IMG/VR virus record: IMGVR_UViG_3300001525_000584
Location: 1-64,000 of that record
Source: a virus
Taxonomy: Duplodnaviria; Caudoviricetes
Strand: one strand, 5' to 3'
DNA: 64,000 nt
The notes below the pieces were generated by a model. That model did no database searches. It was not told the DNA's origin and saw only the letters and a program-made list of their open reading frames with translations. A program made the position numbers and the translations under genes. Below are positions 16,643-26,941 of the stretch, one piece after another. Position 1 is the first letter of the stretch; the number at the start of each line of letters is the position of its first letter.

Positions 16643-17102
16643 TAGTATCTCCTACTAATGTAACATCTCCGGCATTAAGAACTCCGGACAGCTGCTTTTT
16701 TATTTTATTTAAAGTTATGTTGTCGATATTTTCTGTGGCTTGTAGAAAATAAGCTTTTTCTACATCTTTAATAAAAGGTAGATTAAAGGGGATGCACATA
16801 TCGTGCATTCTTAATAGTGCAGAAACTCCATCAGCGTTAAATCTTAATTTATAAATATAATAATCTAGATTCTGCTCTGCCACGTACTCTTGAGCTAAAT
16901 ATTTGTTCCAGGACTCTTCTGATTCAGGATTTTCCTCGGGGCACCATTTACACCAAATTAAAAAATTCTCGGCCCATTTTACGTGCAGCCATTCTTCAAA
17001 ATACTTTTTAGCATCCGCAAAAGTTGCAGCATAGCCAATGTATGTATCAGGATCTTCTGCTGCAGCTACTGCATAAATAGATAACGTCTTTTTTCCAAAC
17101 AT
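16629..17102 (-). CDS. hypothetical protein
   Basis: Overlapping in-operon ORF. Confidence 0.6.
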   Translation of the reverse strand: MFGKKTLSIYAVAAAEDPDTYIGYAATFADAKKYFEEWLHVKWAENFLIWCKWCPEENPESEESWNKYLAQEYVAEQNLDYYIYKLRFNADGVSALLRMHDMCIPFNLPFIKDVEKAYFLQATENIDNITLNKIKKQLSGVLNAGDVTLVGDTNGAE

Positions 17103-17329
17103 TAGTTATTTTTGCTCGCTTCCTGCATAACTAGAGAAGCCGTGACATCCCCATGTGCAATGCGTCTGTGATAAAAGTCTGATGTAGCATCGAGATCTGC
17201 TTCATAAAAACCCAAAGTTCTATGATAAAAATCCATGGCAACTTTATTGCCTGTGCGTGTATCTGTCTCAATAAATCCAATAACTCTATGATAAAAATCG
17301 TAAATAGGTGTTTCAACTTTGACTGGCAT
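17102..17329 (-). CDS. small protein with three DFYHR repeats
   Basis: YDFYHR, MDFYHR, SDFYHR. Confidence 0.6.
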   Translation of the reverse strand: MPVKVETPIYDFYHRVIGFIETDTRTGNKVAMDFYHRTLGFYEADLDATSDFYHRRIAHGDVTASLVMQEASKNN

Positions 17330-17709
17330 TAGAATGTATCCTCCGATAAATTTATTAAATAATCTTTTAATTCTCTAAACTGAGATATAGATTCTTCAAA
17401 ACTGATTAAACGAGCTTCTGTTAATAACCTGTGCTTATCATTTAAAAACAAATTCAGGAACTTAGTCATCTTATCTTCTCTAAAAGGTGTTTTAGACAAA
17501 CTCATAGAAAATCCAGAGGGCAGTAAGTCGACATCAGGGATAATAGGACCGCAAGTTGCTATAACAGCCATGCCCTGAAAACATCTGACGGCTACATAAT
17601 AATAGTAACCTTCATCGTTAATGGCCTCTAATCCAAAATCCCCTAATTCATCGATCTCTACAACACTCTGGGGCATCAACTGGTTGTTAAACTCTAAAAC
17701 AGTGCTCAT
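17329..17709 (-). CDS. hypothetical protein
   Basis: Coupled ORF. Confidence 0.6.
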   Translation of the reverse strand: MSTVLEFNNQLMPQSVVEIDELGDFGLEAINDEGYYYYVAVRCFQGMAVIATCGPIIPDVDLLPSGFSMSLSKTPFREDKMTKFLNLFLNDKHRLLTEARLISFEESISQFRELKDYLINLSEDTF

Positions 17710-18398
17710 TCTGCCCCGTCCTCAACCTTTGTCATAATAGGTTTAATATCACCTAGTAGAACACCTTTATTAAATTCAATAGTTTTATTCATATGATTAA
17801 GTACAGGGTCTTTTTCTACTTCTTCAGCTAACTGTGTATTATACTGTTTTAGCTGTTCTATATACATTTGCAGGACCTGTGCTTTATCTTTTTGTACAGC
17901 TTTATCAAAAGCTTTAGCGCCACCTACATCATCCAAATCCAGGCCATAGTCGAATAATGTGATGCCATCAAGCATTTCGATCATCTGCTGAACTACTTCT
18001 GCATAGGCACCTATAAAAGACTCAGAATTTACATAGCCTTCAGGTGTTTGATAAGCAACATGCACTTCATCGCGACGAGGGATAATAAACTGTTTATTAG
18101 GAAAACTAATATTCGCTTCTCTACTTAGATGCAGGCCTTTTGACTGTACCACGATCGGATTCAAAAAGGCTTTGAAACGTGCTTCGTCTTTTTGACCATT
18201 CTTAACAACAAAGATCCGGGTCTTTTCACCGATCTGAGGTGCGCAAAGTGCTGAGACATCTTTATATTCATAAAGAGCATCTTTTAGTCGTGCAACAACA
18301 CCTTTAACATAATTATAGTCTTCACCACCAAGAATTTCGTCGTTACGTTCCTGAAAAGCTTCTACATCGGTTACGATATCTATATGTGTATTCTTCAT
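17706..18398 (-). CDS. peptide deformylase-like protein lacking metal ligands
   Basis: ALCAPQIG, FLNP, EANIS (for EGCLS), QQMIEMLDG (for QHExxHLxG). Confidence 0.8.
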   Translation of the reverse strand: MKNTHIDIVTDVEAFQERNDEILGGEDYNYVKGVVARLKDALYEYKDVSALCAPQIGEKTRIFVVKNGQKDEARFKAFLNPIVVQSKGLHLSREANISFPNKQFIIPRRDEVHVAYQTPEGYVNSESFIGAYAEVVQQMIEMLDGITLFDYGLDLDDVGGAKAFDKAVQKDKAQVLQMYIEQLKQYNTQLAEEVEKDPVLNHMNKTIEFNKGVLLGDIKPIMTKVEDGAE

Positions 18399-18766
18399 TA
18401 AATTTTTCCTTCTCTAATCAACTGCTTCAGATGTGCTAAACAGTCCTTAGTATTATCCGGTATGCATTCACGAGTTTTTGTTTGCAAAGTTTTAAACCAG
18501 GTCTGCTCTGTGGTCGACATTTTCTTTTCTCTTCTATTAGGCTTATTAAGTTCATAAAGCATCTCGGCCCAAACAAAATACTGCGTTTTAATTTTATCCA
18601 CTTCTTCTTCGATAAGAGGTGCTTTTTCATTATAATAATTCACATCTATAGCATTTTTTGCTAAATCTTCTTTAAGTTCCTTCAGCAGAGCTACCATCTC
18701 TGTATAGTCCTGCTCGATCTGAGCATATCTTAAAATAACATCTCTTTTCGCCATAACAAACTCCAT
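18398..18766 (-). CDS. hypothetical protein
   Basis: ORF downstream of a promoter motif at 18786-18795. Confidence 0.6.
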   Translation of the reverse strand: MEFVMAKRDVILRYAQIEQDYTEMVALLKELKEDLAKNAIDVNYYNEKAPLIEEEVDKIKTQYFVWAEMLYELNKPNRREKKMSTTEQTWFKTLQTKTRECIPDNTKDCLAHLKQLIREGKI

Positions 18767-18804
18767 ATTTTTGTATTTATGATAATATATACAATTTACG
18801 TATA

Positions 18805-18830
18805 GAAAAAGAAGGGTTTTGCGCCCTTCT
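18805..18830 (-). terminator. intrinsic terminator
   Basis: AGAAGGG/CCCTTCT hairpin with T-tract. Confidence 0.55.
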
Positions 18831-18843
18831 CTTCTTTTTATTT

Positions 18844-20088
18844 TTAATCTGCATATAAATCGATATCTGCAACATCGTTTTTATTTATAATAAGTAACTT
18901 TTGTGAAGGCTTAGTAAATAATCTTCGTCCTAAAGCATAATCACATGTGCCGCATAAAGATCCATTTACATACAGCTTCATATCCTGAAAAGTGTGTTCT
19001 GCGGGGTTGTGCCAGTGAGCACAACAAACGATATCAACCCATTCACGCACAGCACCTACTACATTTTGCAGCGTTTGTGATTTTGAATCCTGATGCCCAT
19101 GGAAAAATACCACATTTTTACCATTCAGAAGTTTGAATTTACCAAAGCCCTGATCCAAGTTGTCGGACTTCATTTTAATAGAAGAGTTTTTTAAGCGTTC
19201 GGCAAGCCACCAATCAGTGATACGATTCAAATTTTCTAATTCGATACTTTGATTTTTATCAGCAACCATTCTACTGTGATTATCTGAACAACTTCTATAA
19301 GTCACTTCAGAGGCAGCGGTTTGAAGTTCATTTAAAGCAACGGCCATAAGCTCTGTTGCAAAAATCAACTGACTGCAAACATCCATCTGTTGATTAATCC
19401 GACCATTCACATGAATAAGTCCTTCTATAAGATCACCCAGATTCAGAACGTTCAACCTATAGACTTTATTTTGTCTGCAATAGAATTTAACTTTATCTAC
19501 GATCGCCGATACTCTTTTTATAGCAACATCATGATCATAAGTGTTATAAAAGTTTGCAACGTCTGGACCTATATGCCAGTCACTTAAAAGCAAAATGGCC
19601 TCTGTATTAGAATCAGTACACACATCGAGAGTAGAATCTAAGCGAATAGGCAGCTGACTCTGTTTTCGGGCGCATTCTTCAATGAACTCTTTAAAAGACG
19701 CTATTCGCGCATCTTCTCTTAAAGAGGCTCTATAAGCATTATAGACATCTCTAATTTGAGTTTTATCTTTATACTGTTCCTGATAAACTTCTGATTCTGT
19801 TTTTTCAGGTGTCATCACAGGTGTTTTATATTCACCTGAAAATTTTAATTCACGCAGGACACGTTGCCTATATGCCTCTCCGGCTCCTTTAGGCGTATCA
19901 GATATAGGCGTAAAACAACCATAGCCAACAGCATCAGCTAATTTATCCCAGTTCCTTTCCTTCAGGGGTAAAGACCGATGCTGTTTGCCGATGGCATATA
20001 AAATAGCCGGATCAAAGTTACTTCTAACCTGACCCAGTGATCTTATCTTATCAAGTAACTCCGCTAAGGTATTCGATGTTAAGTCCAT
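18844..20088 (-). CDS. calcineurin-like metallophosphoesterase
   Basis: SDWH, LGD, DNH, FHGH, AHWH. Confidence 0.85.
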   Translation of the reverse strand: MDLTSNTLAELLDKIRSLGQVRSNFDPAILYAIGKQHRSLPLKERNWDKLADAVGYGCFTPISDTPKGAGEAYRQRVLRELKFSGEYKTPVMTPEKTESEVYQEQYKDKTQIRDVYNAYRASLREDARIASFKEFIEECARKQSQLPIRLDSTLDVCTDSNTEAILLLSDWHIGPDVANFYNTYDHDVAIKRVSAIVDKVKFYCRQNKVYRLNVLNLGDLIEGLIHVNGRINQQMDVCSQLIFATELMAVALNELQTAASEVTYRSCSDNHSRMVADKNQSIELENLNRITDWWLAERLKNSSIKMKSDNLDQGFGKFKLLNGKNVVFFHGHQDSKSQTLQNVVGAVREWVDIVCCAHWHNPAEHTFQDMKLYVNGSLCGTCDYALGRRLFTKPSQKLLIINKNDVADIDLYAD

Positions 20089-20089
20089 A

Positions 20090-20677
20090 TCACTCCTCCT
20101 CGTCTTCAGAGTTTAAAGTATTATAATCAGGATTCTCTACTAACTCTTGCGGCTCTTCGCGAGGATATAAAACTACATCTTCTTGAGGCTTTTTAGCTTT
20201 ATTCAACTGCTTTAATAGAGACGCTACTGCATCCATAACTTCACCCTTTTCATCGCGCGTGAGATTAGGAGTCATGTTAATATTAACTTCAGTTTTGTTA
20301 TGCTGCACCGCTGTTATAGAGGGCTTAGTTTCTTCAACAAACTTATCATTAAATTCATTAAGGCGTTCCACCTGACCTGACACAACATTCATGATATCCA
20401 AAATATCTTTTGTTGTAAGCTGGTCAGGCCTCTTTTCTAACCTATTTATTAGTTGTTCATCAGCCTGATTTAAAAGACCATTTAGACGAGTCAACCTTAA
20501 AACATTTTTCTTAGTCTGAGACAAATTAAAAAGTTCCAGTTGCTTCTCTAATTCTTTTTTAGATTCAGCCTCCATTATAGCATTCACAGTAGTAGCCTGA
20601 TCTAATGGTATAATACCATTTTGAGGAGTTGTAAGAGCCATGTCCTCGGCTTTTCCTTTTACATCCTCAGTTAGCAT
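20090..20677 (-). CDS. hypothetical helical protein
   Basis: In-operon ORF. Confidence 0.6.
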   Translation of the reverse strand: MLTEDVKGKAEDMALTTPQNGIIPLDQATTVNAIMEAESKKELEKQLELFNLSQTKKNVLRLTRLNGLLNQADEQLINRLEKRPDQLTTKDILDIMNVVSGQVERLNEFNDKFVEETKPSITAVQHNKTEVNINMTPNLTRDEKGEVMDAVASLLKQLNKAKKPQEDVVLYPREEPQELVENPDYNTLNSEDEEE

Positions 20678-20997
20678 ATCTCTTTATAAACCTCCATGAA
20701 GCCGTTACGCAGAGCATTCATTAGTTTAGGCATAATAGGTGCTGTATCAGATTTATAAGCTTTTTTTAATTCTTTACGAAATTCATCGGAGGGTTCAAAA
20801 GCGAATTTAAATTCATTATCCACACGCTTAAGACGTAAAATACCAATACCTGTATCCACTTCTGTTAGTGCGTTGCCGGACTGCTTATTTTCCCAAACAC
20901 TGGTACAAATAGACATAATAATTAAATGTGCCATCCGATCTAAACTTCGCTCAGGTATGTTGGTTAATACGTTCAAATCGTTCATTAGGGTCGTCAT
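20671..20997 (-). CDS. hypothetical protein
   Basis: Start moved to MTTLMN (GGAGG RBS). Confidence 0.6.
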   Translation of the reverse strand: MTTLMNDLNVLTNIPERSLDRMAHLIIMSICTSVWENKQSGNALTEVDTGIGILRLKRVDNEFKFAFEPSDEFRKELKKAYKSDTAPIMPKLMNALRNGFMEVYKEIC

Positions 20998-21289
20998 AAT
21001 GTTCCTCCAAATATATTCTCTTAGCCACCTTAGCATCTACTAAAGGCTCTATTTGTTTATACTGCTCTTTTTGCCGTTCAGCGATGGCTTTATAAATATA
21101 CGAAGCCGGTAAATCAGATAAATAACCGGTGGCTTCATCCAGCTCTACTTTATAGCGATTCATGGCGAATAGTAAACGTTCTTTAACAGCCTCAGTCATG
21201 ATCTGTTCTGAATTCATAGCTTTATAATGGTTACAAAGTTCATCTATTCGCTGTAATTCATCAAAAAAATTATTTTGCAGCAAAATCAT
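20951..21289 (-). CDS. hypothetical protein
   Basis: Overlapping in-operon ORF. Confidence 0.55.
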   Translation of the reverse strand: MILLQNNFFDELQRIDELCNHYKAMNSEQIMTEAVKERLLFAMNRYKVELDEATGYLSDLPASYIYKAIAERQKEQYKQIEPLVDAKVAKRIYLEEHYDDPNERFERINQHT

Positions 21290-21686
21290 AGTTACGCACC
21301 ACCTCTTTTACCTGAATATAAGCTTTTTTGATGTCGTCTTTTGACCATTCACTCTTATCCAGTTCTCTAAGAGCTCGGTCCATAGTAAAGCCTTCAAAAT
21401 CAACAAGTCTATATAAAGTAAAAGCCTGAATAATTAATCGTAAATCTTTAGAGGCAGGTATCGTAATAGTTAAACCTTCGAAGTGCTTTAAAAATCTAAC
21501 TAAGTCTTTAGAATCCATTAAATAGGCCATTTCGCTTAGTGTTAGCCATTCTGGGTTGTCTCTAAGTTTATATAGAGCAAATAAAATTAATCCCCAGGTG
21601 TCCTGTTGCTCCATGACATTTAAACGTTCTCTTATATGGTCTGGTTTATATGCAGGTGCTTCGGGTGCATCATTATAATCGCGCAT
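21270..21686 (-). CDS. hypothetical protein, possibly a transcription accessory factor
   Basis: HFEGLTITIP recalls Mor-like domains; next to the candidate sigma factor. Confidence 0.5.
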   Translation of the reverse strand: MRDYNDAPEAPAYKPDHIRERLNVMEQQDTWGLILFALYKLRDNPEWLTLSEMAYLMDSKDLVRFLKHFEGLTITIPASKDLRLIIQAFTLYRLVDFEGFTMDRALRELDKSEWSKDDIKKAYIQVKEVVRNYDFAAK

Positions 21687-21689
21687 TTA

Positions 21690-22586
21690 TTAATCCTCCC
21701 CCTGTGATAAATCATAAGTAGCATAAGCAGTATCAATTACCTTAGCCACCAGGGACGAGGTTAATTCACTGCCGTGAATATATTCTTGCGTTCTTTGGGA
21801 TAAAAGAGTTTTTGTTTTAGCTGTTAACACGTTAACATAATTCGCAAAAGATGAATCTAAATGCCACAGTCGCGCAGGTCGACCCACAGTCTCATGGGCC
21901 TTCATAAACTTCAAACTTAGTTCCCAACTTAATGTGTTATGGTTCCTATTCGTTATCTTCTTTTTTAGTGTTTGCGGCAAAGTAATTTGATCTAATAAAG
22001 TCAAACAAATAGAAGCTTTTAGTCTGTGTTTCATAAGAGATTCTCTGCGAAAAGGTGTTTGTTGCATAACCTGTTCAACAACATCTGCGATCTCATCCAA
22101 AGCCATACTAAATGAATCTATTAAGCGGCCTCTATAATCTGACTGGATACCCTCCTCCATCTTTTCTTTAAAGAGGGACGTATCATCAGCCATGGCTGTG
22201 TTAACTATTTCGCGATATGTTTCTTGCTGATAGTCAACTTTAAAAGGGTAAATAGTGGCCTTAATATAATTCAAAACAGACTTTACCGGTAAAATAGGTT
22301 TTTCATGATACATTTTACCCGCATTATAAGCCATTCTCCGCTTTATTAAAACCATATACACATTAGAGGCCATGTAAAGAGCAAAGTCATCATAAATGTG
22401 TTCGTTGCGTCCGAAGTAGTGCGCTTTAGTAGCTAAAGCGTGACAAATCAGATAAATGTAACTATACACAGTGTCCTCTACTTTTGGATCTATGTCGGGA
22501 CTGCCCAGCTCAGGCTCATGCGAATCTACATATATAGCTAAATCTGTATATTTTAAACCTTTTGGTTTTTCAAAAGTTCTTTGCAA
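21690..22586 (-). CDS. candidate gp55-like late sigma factor
   Basis: Adjacent to the gp46/gp47 homologues, as gp55 is in T4-like phages; YIYLICHALA...YDDFALY...LNYI loosely resembles sigma region 2. Confidence 0.4.
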   Translation of the reverse strand: MQRTFEKPKGLKYTDLAIYVDSHEPELGSPDIDPKVEDTVYSYIYLICHALATKAHYFGRNEHIYDDFALYMASNVYMVLIKRRMAYNAGKMYHEKPILPVKSVLNYIKATIYPFKVDYQQETYREIVNTAMADDTSLFKEKMEEGIQSDYRGRLIDSFSMALDEIADVVEQVMQQTPFRRESLMKHRLKASICLTLLDQITLPQTLKKKITNRNHNTLSWELSLKFMKAHETVGRPARLWHLDSSFANYVNVLTAKTKTLLSQRTQEYIHGSELTSSLVAKVIDTAYATYDLSQGED

Positions 22587-22621
22587 AATCAGCTCCTTTT
22601 TATATAGAAAAGATTTTCTTT

Positions 22622-24499
22622 TTAATGATATAAAATGCTGCTAATACCCTTTGCATCTTTTACAACTACAAATTCAGAGTCATATGGGATCTCTAATTCA
22701 TCTGCTCTATGCGAAATGATATAGACGCTGTCTAAATCTGTAAAATGCTTTGCTATTAAGTTCAGTACACTGTTGCAACCATTAATGTCTAAAGCATCGA
22801 AAATCTCATCCATGACTAAAATATTCGAGGAAAATCCTAAATACTGCTGCATCATATCTCTTATGGAAAACTGAATGATTAAATCAACTTTTTGCTTTTC
22901 TCCCCCAGACAGATTTTCAAAAGCTTTGTTACAGTAAGCTATATTTATGTTGTTTCCATCTAAAGCAAAAGTTAATTCATCACTGCCGAAGAGCTCAGAA
23001 GAATAAATCTTAGCTCTTTGTTCTATATAAGAGATAATATCCTGAAGTAAATATCCTCTAAAATCTCTTTTAATAAGAGTGCTCATCTGAGACACCACTT
23101 TACTATGTGCAGCTATATCATCATGTCTATTAGATATATACATTTTTTCTTCATCAATTTTGCTCAGCTGTTGCTCTATATTAGAGATCTCCTGTAGCAA
23201 CTTTTGATGAGAAGACTCATAGGAATCTTTTTCTAATTTAACTTTGGTTGCTTCTACACTGATTCTGTTAAAAGTATCCTGATCTTTATTAATCTGCGAA
23301 TTAAATAAATGTTTTTTATCTACAGATTCCTGCAAGGCCTGTTTTGCTCTTGCGGAATCTTTAATAGCTTCGTCTTCTATAGCTCTTAGTTCCTGATCAT
23401 GAATAGCTTTATAATCTGTGAATTTGTTATTTAATTCGGCTAACTGCCCCATAGCCTCTTTACAGCTCTGCTCCAAAGCTGTTGTATCAGGTTTTAATAC
23501 TCCGGGGATCTTTTGACCACATGTAGGACAAACTTCTCTGATATTCTTTATGTCATTAATCTGCTTTTGTAAAGAACTGACATGAGCAGTTAACTGGCCC
23601 TTCTTTTCAGAATACTGACTTTGAAAAGTTGCAAAAGCACTATTCTCTGTTACTATAGCTCTTTGTTTTGCTTCATTCTTTTCATTAAGCTCTGCGGATC
23701 TTTGGGTTACTTTTTCTTCTTCTATGCTTAAAAGCTTTTTAGTTTCCGTCAGCTTCGTTGTCAACTCTTCTAATTGCTTTTCGTAAGTTGCAAGCAGAGC
23801 ATCAAAATCTTTGGGCGTTTCAAAAGCTTTTAAAGCATTTTGTTTCTGTACCAGCTGCTGTTGTAAAACATTATACGACGTTATTTTAGCCAGTAACTCA
23901 TCTTCATTCGTTCTTAGTTGATTCGACAGTTCTGCCGAGCGTTTTGTTATACGATCTTTTAAATCCTGAATCATAAAATCTGATTTAGACAACTTCTCCA
24001 GAACTTCTTTTCTGCCGCTAGGCGTATTAGCAGTAAATTTATTAGGTAACCCCTGGCCCAAAATAACTATAGAAGCTAATAGTTGACTATTCAAATCTGG
24101 TAAATGTTTTGCTAAAATAGTTTCCGATTCTCTGATGCCTTTACCGGATATATCAGAGCCATTTAAAAAAATCTTTAAATCTGCTTTGGGATTTTTTTGT
24201 CTGAGGACTTTAAAAGAATCATTATTAACTTTAAAAGTTAATTCAACCCAACATGCATCTTCTTCTACATTAATGTTTTTAATGTTTGATGTTAATCCCT
24301 GGACAGTGGCTCCTGTCAAAGCCCAGCATATAGCAGATGTCCATGAAGATTTACCAGAGCCGTTACTAACGGCGTTATCTAAAGGATTATTATTAATGCC
24401 ACTGACCATGCAATAGTTGTTACCATTTAGAGGGATCTCGGCATGTCCATAACTCAAAAAATTATGGATAATAACTTTTTCAAAATTTAATTGCAACAT
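22622..24499 (-). CDS. sbcC: SbcC/Rad50/gp46 ATPase
   Basis: NGSGKSS, Q-loop LGQG, CPTCGQ zinc hook, LSGGE, MDEIFD, ISH; start at MLQLNF. Confidence 0.93.
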   Translation of the reverse strand: MLQLNFEKVIIHNFLSYGHAEIPLNGNNYCMVSGINNNPLDNAVSNGSGKSSWTSAICWALTGATVQGLTSNIKNINVEEDACWVELTFKVNNDSFKVLRQKNPKADLKIFLNGSDISGKGIRESETILAKHLPDLNSQLLASIVILGQGLPNKFTANTPSGRKEVLEKLSKSDFMIQDLKDRITKRSAELSNQLRTNEDELLAKITSYNVLQQQLVQKQNALKAFETPKDFDALLATYEKQLEELTTKLTETKKLLSIEEEKVTQRSAELNEKNEAKQRAIVTENSAFATFQSQYSEKKGQLTAHVSSLQKQINDIKNIREVCPTCGQKIPGVLKPDTTALEQSCKEAMGQLAELNNKFTDYKAIHDQELRAIEDEAIKDSARAKQALQESVDKKHLFNSQINKDQDTFNRISVEATKVKLEKDSYESSHQKLLQEISNIEQQLSKIDEEKMYISNRHDDIAAHSKVVSQMSTLIKRDFRGYLLQDIISYIEQRAKIYSSELFGSDELTFALDGNNINIAYCNKAFENLSGGEKQKVDLIIQFSIRDMMQQYLGFSSNILVMDEIFDALDINGCNSVLNLIAKHFTDLDSVYIISHRADELEIPYDSEFVVVKDAKGISSILYH

Positions 24500-24501
24500 G
24501 C

Positions 24502-25548
24502 TTATCCCCCACAAATCGCTGACAGCTCAAAAGATAAAACTTCTGTATTCTCTATATTTTCTTTGCAAAAAGTTACAAACTTCTCTAAATGATCTCCTGA
24601 AGTCCTAATAGGTTCTTCTGCAATTTTCTCTTCTATAGTTTCCTGAATGGTTACTATTCTGTACTGCAAAATATTAGGACGGTCATTTAAAAATTCTTTT
24701 AAAGCAGGTACTAAACTACTAAGACATTTAAAAGATACTACAGCATTATTTTTCAGAGTCTTTATAGTTGTTAAAGATTCTTCTGTGAATATATCTAGCT
24801 GGTAAAAATTAAACGCAAAAGGATTTTCTACAAAAGTTAATTCGCCTGTTTCAGTATCTAAAATGCACGCATTATGGCTATACTTCATAGCATCTTCACT
24901 AAAGTTTTGTCCGGTTAAGTTGCCTAAATTCAAACCGTTAGAACAAATTTTTAAACCATTATGTAAATGCCCATTTATGAATAAATCACAGTTTTGTTCT
25001 ACATCTGCTACGTCTATGCCTACTAAAGAAGGAACTTTACCAAAAGATATGCCCTTTACCGAATTATGACTTAGAACTATTTTAGAAGAGTTTACATCAT
25101 AATCAGTTGCCTCCCAGTACTGGTCTAATGTCTTTAAGTTTTCCTCTTCATAATAAGGGATGAAAAGAAAATTAACTCCTTCTACTTTTTTAAGGGTAGG
25201 TTTATCTACAATGTCAAAGCCTTTTAATAGTGCAAAAGCATTTATACTATTCTGATCTAATCCCCGCGTATCAGCTTCGTGGTTACCTACTAAAAAAGAT
25301 TTAGGTAAATCGTTCCACTCTATATCTTTTAATGCAGATATCTCCGCAGCGTTTAAAACAGGTTTATCGAAAAAATCGCCTAAATAAAACTCTTCATCGC
25401 AGTTATATTCTTTTGCTAATTTTTCAAACCAGTTTACTGAATTTAAACAGTGCTTAAGACGTGTTGAATACTTTTCTCCTGATGCCCAGGTCCTAATAAT
25501 ACTAGAAAATTCCGACCAGTGGACATCAGTCGCCATGGCTATTTTCAT
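24502..25548 (-). CDS. sbcD: SbcD/Mre11/gp47 nuclease
   Basis: TDVH, LGDFFD, VGNHE, SHN, GHLH. Confidence 0.9.
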   Translation of the reverse strand: MKIAMATDVHWSEFSSIIRTWASGEKYSTRLKHCLNSVNWFEKLAKEYNCDEEFYLGDFFDKPVLNAAEISALKDIEWNDLPKSFLVGNHEADTRGLDQNSINAFALLKGFDIVDKPTLKKVEGVNFLFIPYYEEENLKTLDQYWEATDYDVNSSKIVLSHNSVKGISFGKVPSLVGIDVADVEQNCDLFINGHLHNGLKICSNGLNLGNLTGQNFSEDAMKYSHNACILDTETGELTFVENPFAFNFYQLDIFTEESLTTIKTLKNNAVVSFKCLSSLVPALKEFLNDRPNILQYRIVTIQETIEEKIAEEPIRTSGDHLEKFVTFCKENIENTEVLSFELSAICGG

Positions 25549-25608
25549 AAAACATATACCTCAAATTCTCAAATCTTCTTTAAAAAGATATACATTTTGT
25601 AAAGCTTT

Positions 25609-26676
25609 TTAACGCCTTCTTCTCAAAAGAAAAGTTCTACCTTCGGGATTATTTATGACATCTATTTGAGGTAAAGAAACAGATTTAAAAGAACTGTTCA
25701 TCTTTTCTTCTCTTAGTTTCTTTTTTTCTTTGCGTCTTAAAAAGTCCTCCATAATCTCTGCATGATGCTCCATGCCAAACCACTCATATTCTTTTGTCCA
25801 GTCTTTTCTATTTTCTTTTGTCCAGTGCGAAAAATAAGGACACAGATTTTTTGCTTCTTCAGGTTGATCAGGATTAGTTTCACTAAAAGGACAAAAGGCG
25901 CATAAAGGACTAGGCTTAGGCGTATAATCTTTTTCTGCAATTCTTTTTAACAGTCCTTTTAATTTTTTTGTACCTCTGGTCATGAAACTTCTCGTACCTG
26001 CTGCATATCGTTCCATAGCTAAAGGTAAAGAATAGAAACACTGAATCTTATCTTCTGGTACATTATAAAGTTCTGAGGCAGCTTTTACATAAATAACAAA
26101 CTGTAGAGGTGCTGCTAAGTCATGCGAATCTATAGTAGGCCACGTCTTTATATCTTCTACTATAATGTCTCCTGTATTTGTATCTTTTAAAACTCTATCG
26201 ATAAAACCACTAAAAGTTACACCTTCATAATCTATGGAGAATGCTTTTTCTGTATCTAAAACAATTAAGTTTCTATTTGCATTTAAAAAGTCCTGTAAAA
26301 AGTATATGCCATTATTCAGATAATGATTTGCTTTTTCATTATAATTCATACCTGATTTATCAGCCTGGTAAAAAGTTTCAGGAAACTTTTCTTTTATCTC
26401 TTTAATGCCTAAAACATGCTCTGTATCATCTTTATAACCATTTATAAAGAGGTCTATATACTTCGACATGTCGATCATGAAGACAGGTTCATTATCATTC
26501 TTTTTAATGTCATTTGCTATAGTCTCTTCTACAAAATGGACTAGTGTTCCAAAATCTGTTGCAACACTGGAACTATCTACATAATGCCCATCTTCATATG
26601 TTAATTTGTATCTCCATGCACAGGTTTCATAGACGTTAATTTTTGAATAAGAAAATTTTTTCGCAGGCGTTTCCAT
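25609..26676 (-). CDS. Cas4/AddB-like PD-(D/E)xK exonuclease with probable Fe-S cluster
   Basis: FSYSKI, TC, GTLVH, GFIDRV, EDIKT, Q..Y, CAFC...C; start at METPAK (GGAGG RBS). Confidence 0.85.
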   Translation of the reverse strand: METPAKKFSYSKINVYETCAWRYKLTYEDGHYVDSSSVATDFGTLVHFVEETIANDIKKNDNEPVFMIDMSKYIDLFINGYKDDTEHVLGIKEIKEKFPETFYQADKSGMNYNEKANHYLNNGIYFLQDFLNANRNLIVLDTEKAFSIDYEGVTFSGFIDRVLKDTNTGDIIVEDIKTWPTIDSHDLAAPLQFVIYVKAASELYNVPEDKIQCFYSLPLAMERYAAGTRSFMTRGTKKLKGLLKRIAEKDYTPKPSPLCAFCPFSETNPDQPEEAKNLCPYFSHWTKENRKDWTKEYEWFGMEHHAEIMEDFLRRKEKKKLREEKMNSSFKSVSLPQIDVINNPEGRTFLLRRRR

Positions 26677-26788
26677 GATTGTTTCCTCCACTAAACTCTG
26701 AAAAAAGTTGTCCACAATTTACGTATCTATTATACAAGTAAAAAAATTCTTTTAACTTCTTTTTAAAATGTTACAATAATTTTTACAA

Positions 26789-26941
26789 GCATATATAAGC
26801 ATATTATAAGCTTTTAATAGCATATAAAAGCATTTATATGCATATATAAGCATATTAACATGTTAAATACAAGTCACAAGTAAGAGACTAATTTATAAAT
26901 AATATTTTAAATTTTATTTAAAATATTATTTATAAATTAGT
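26789..26941. repeat. direct repeats plus a 26-bp perfect palindrome; candidate replication origin
   Basis: GCATATATAAGCATATTA at 26789 and 26840; inverted repeat 26887-26941; lies at the strand switch. Confidence 0.6.
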
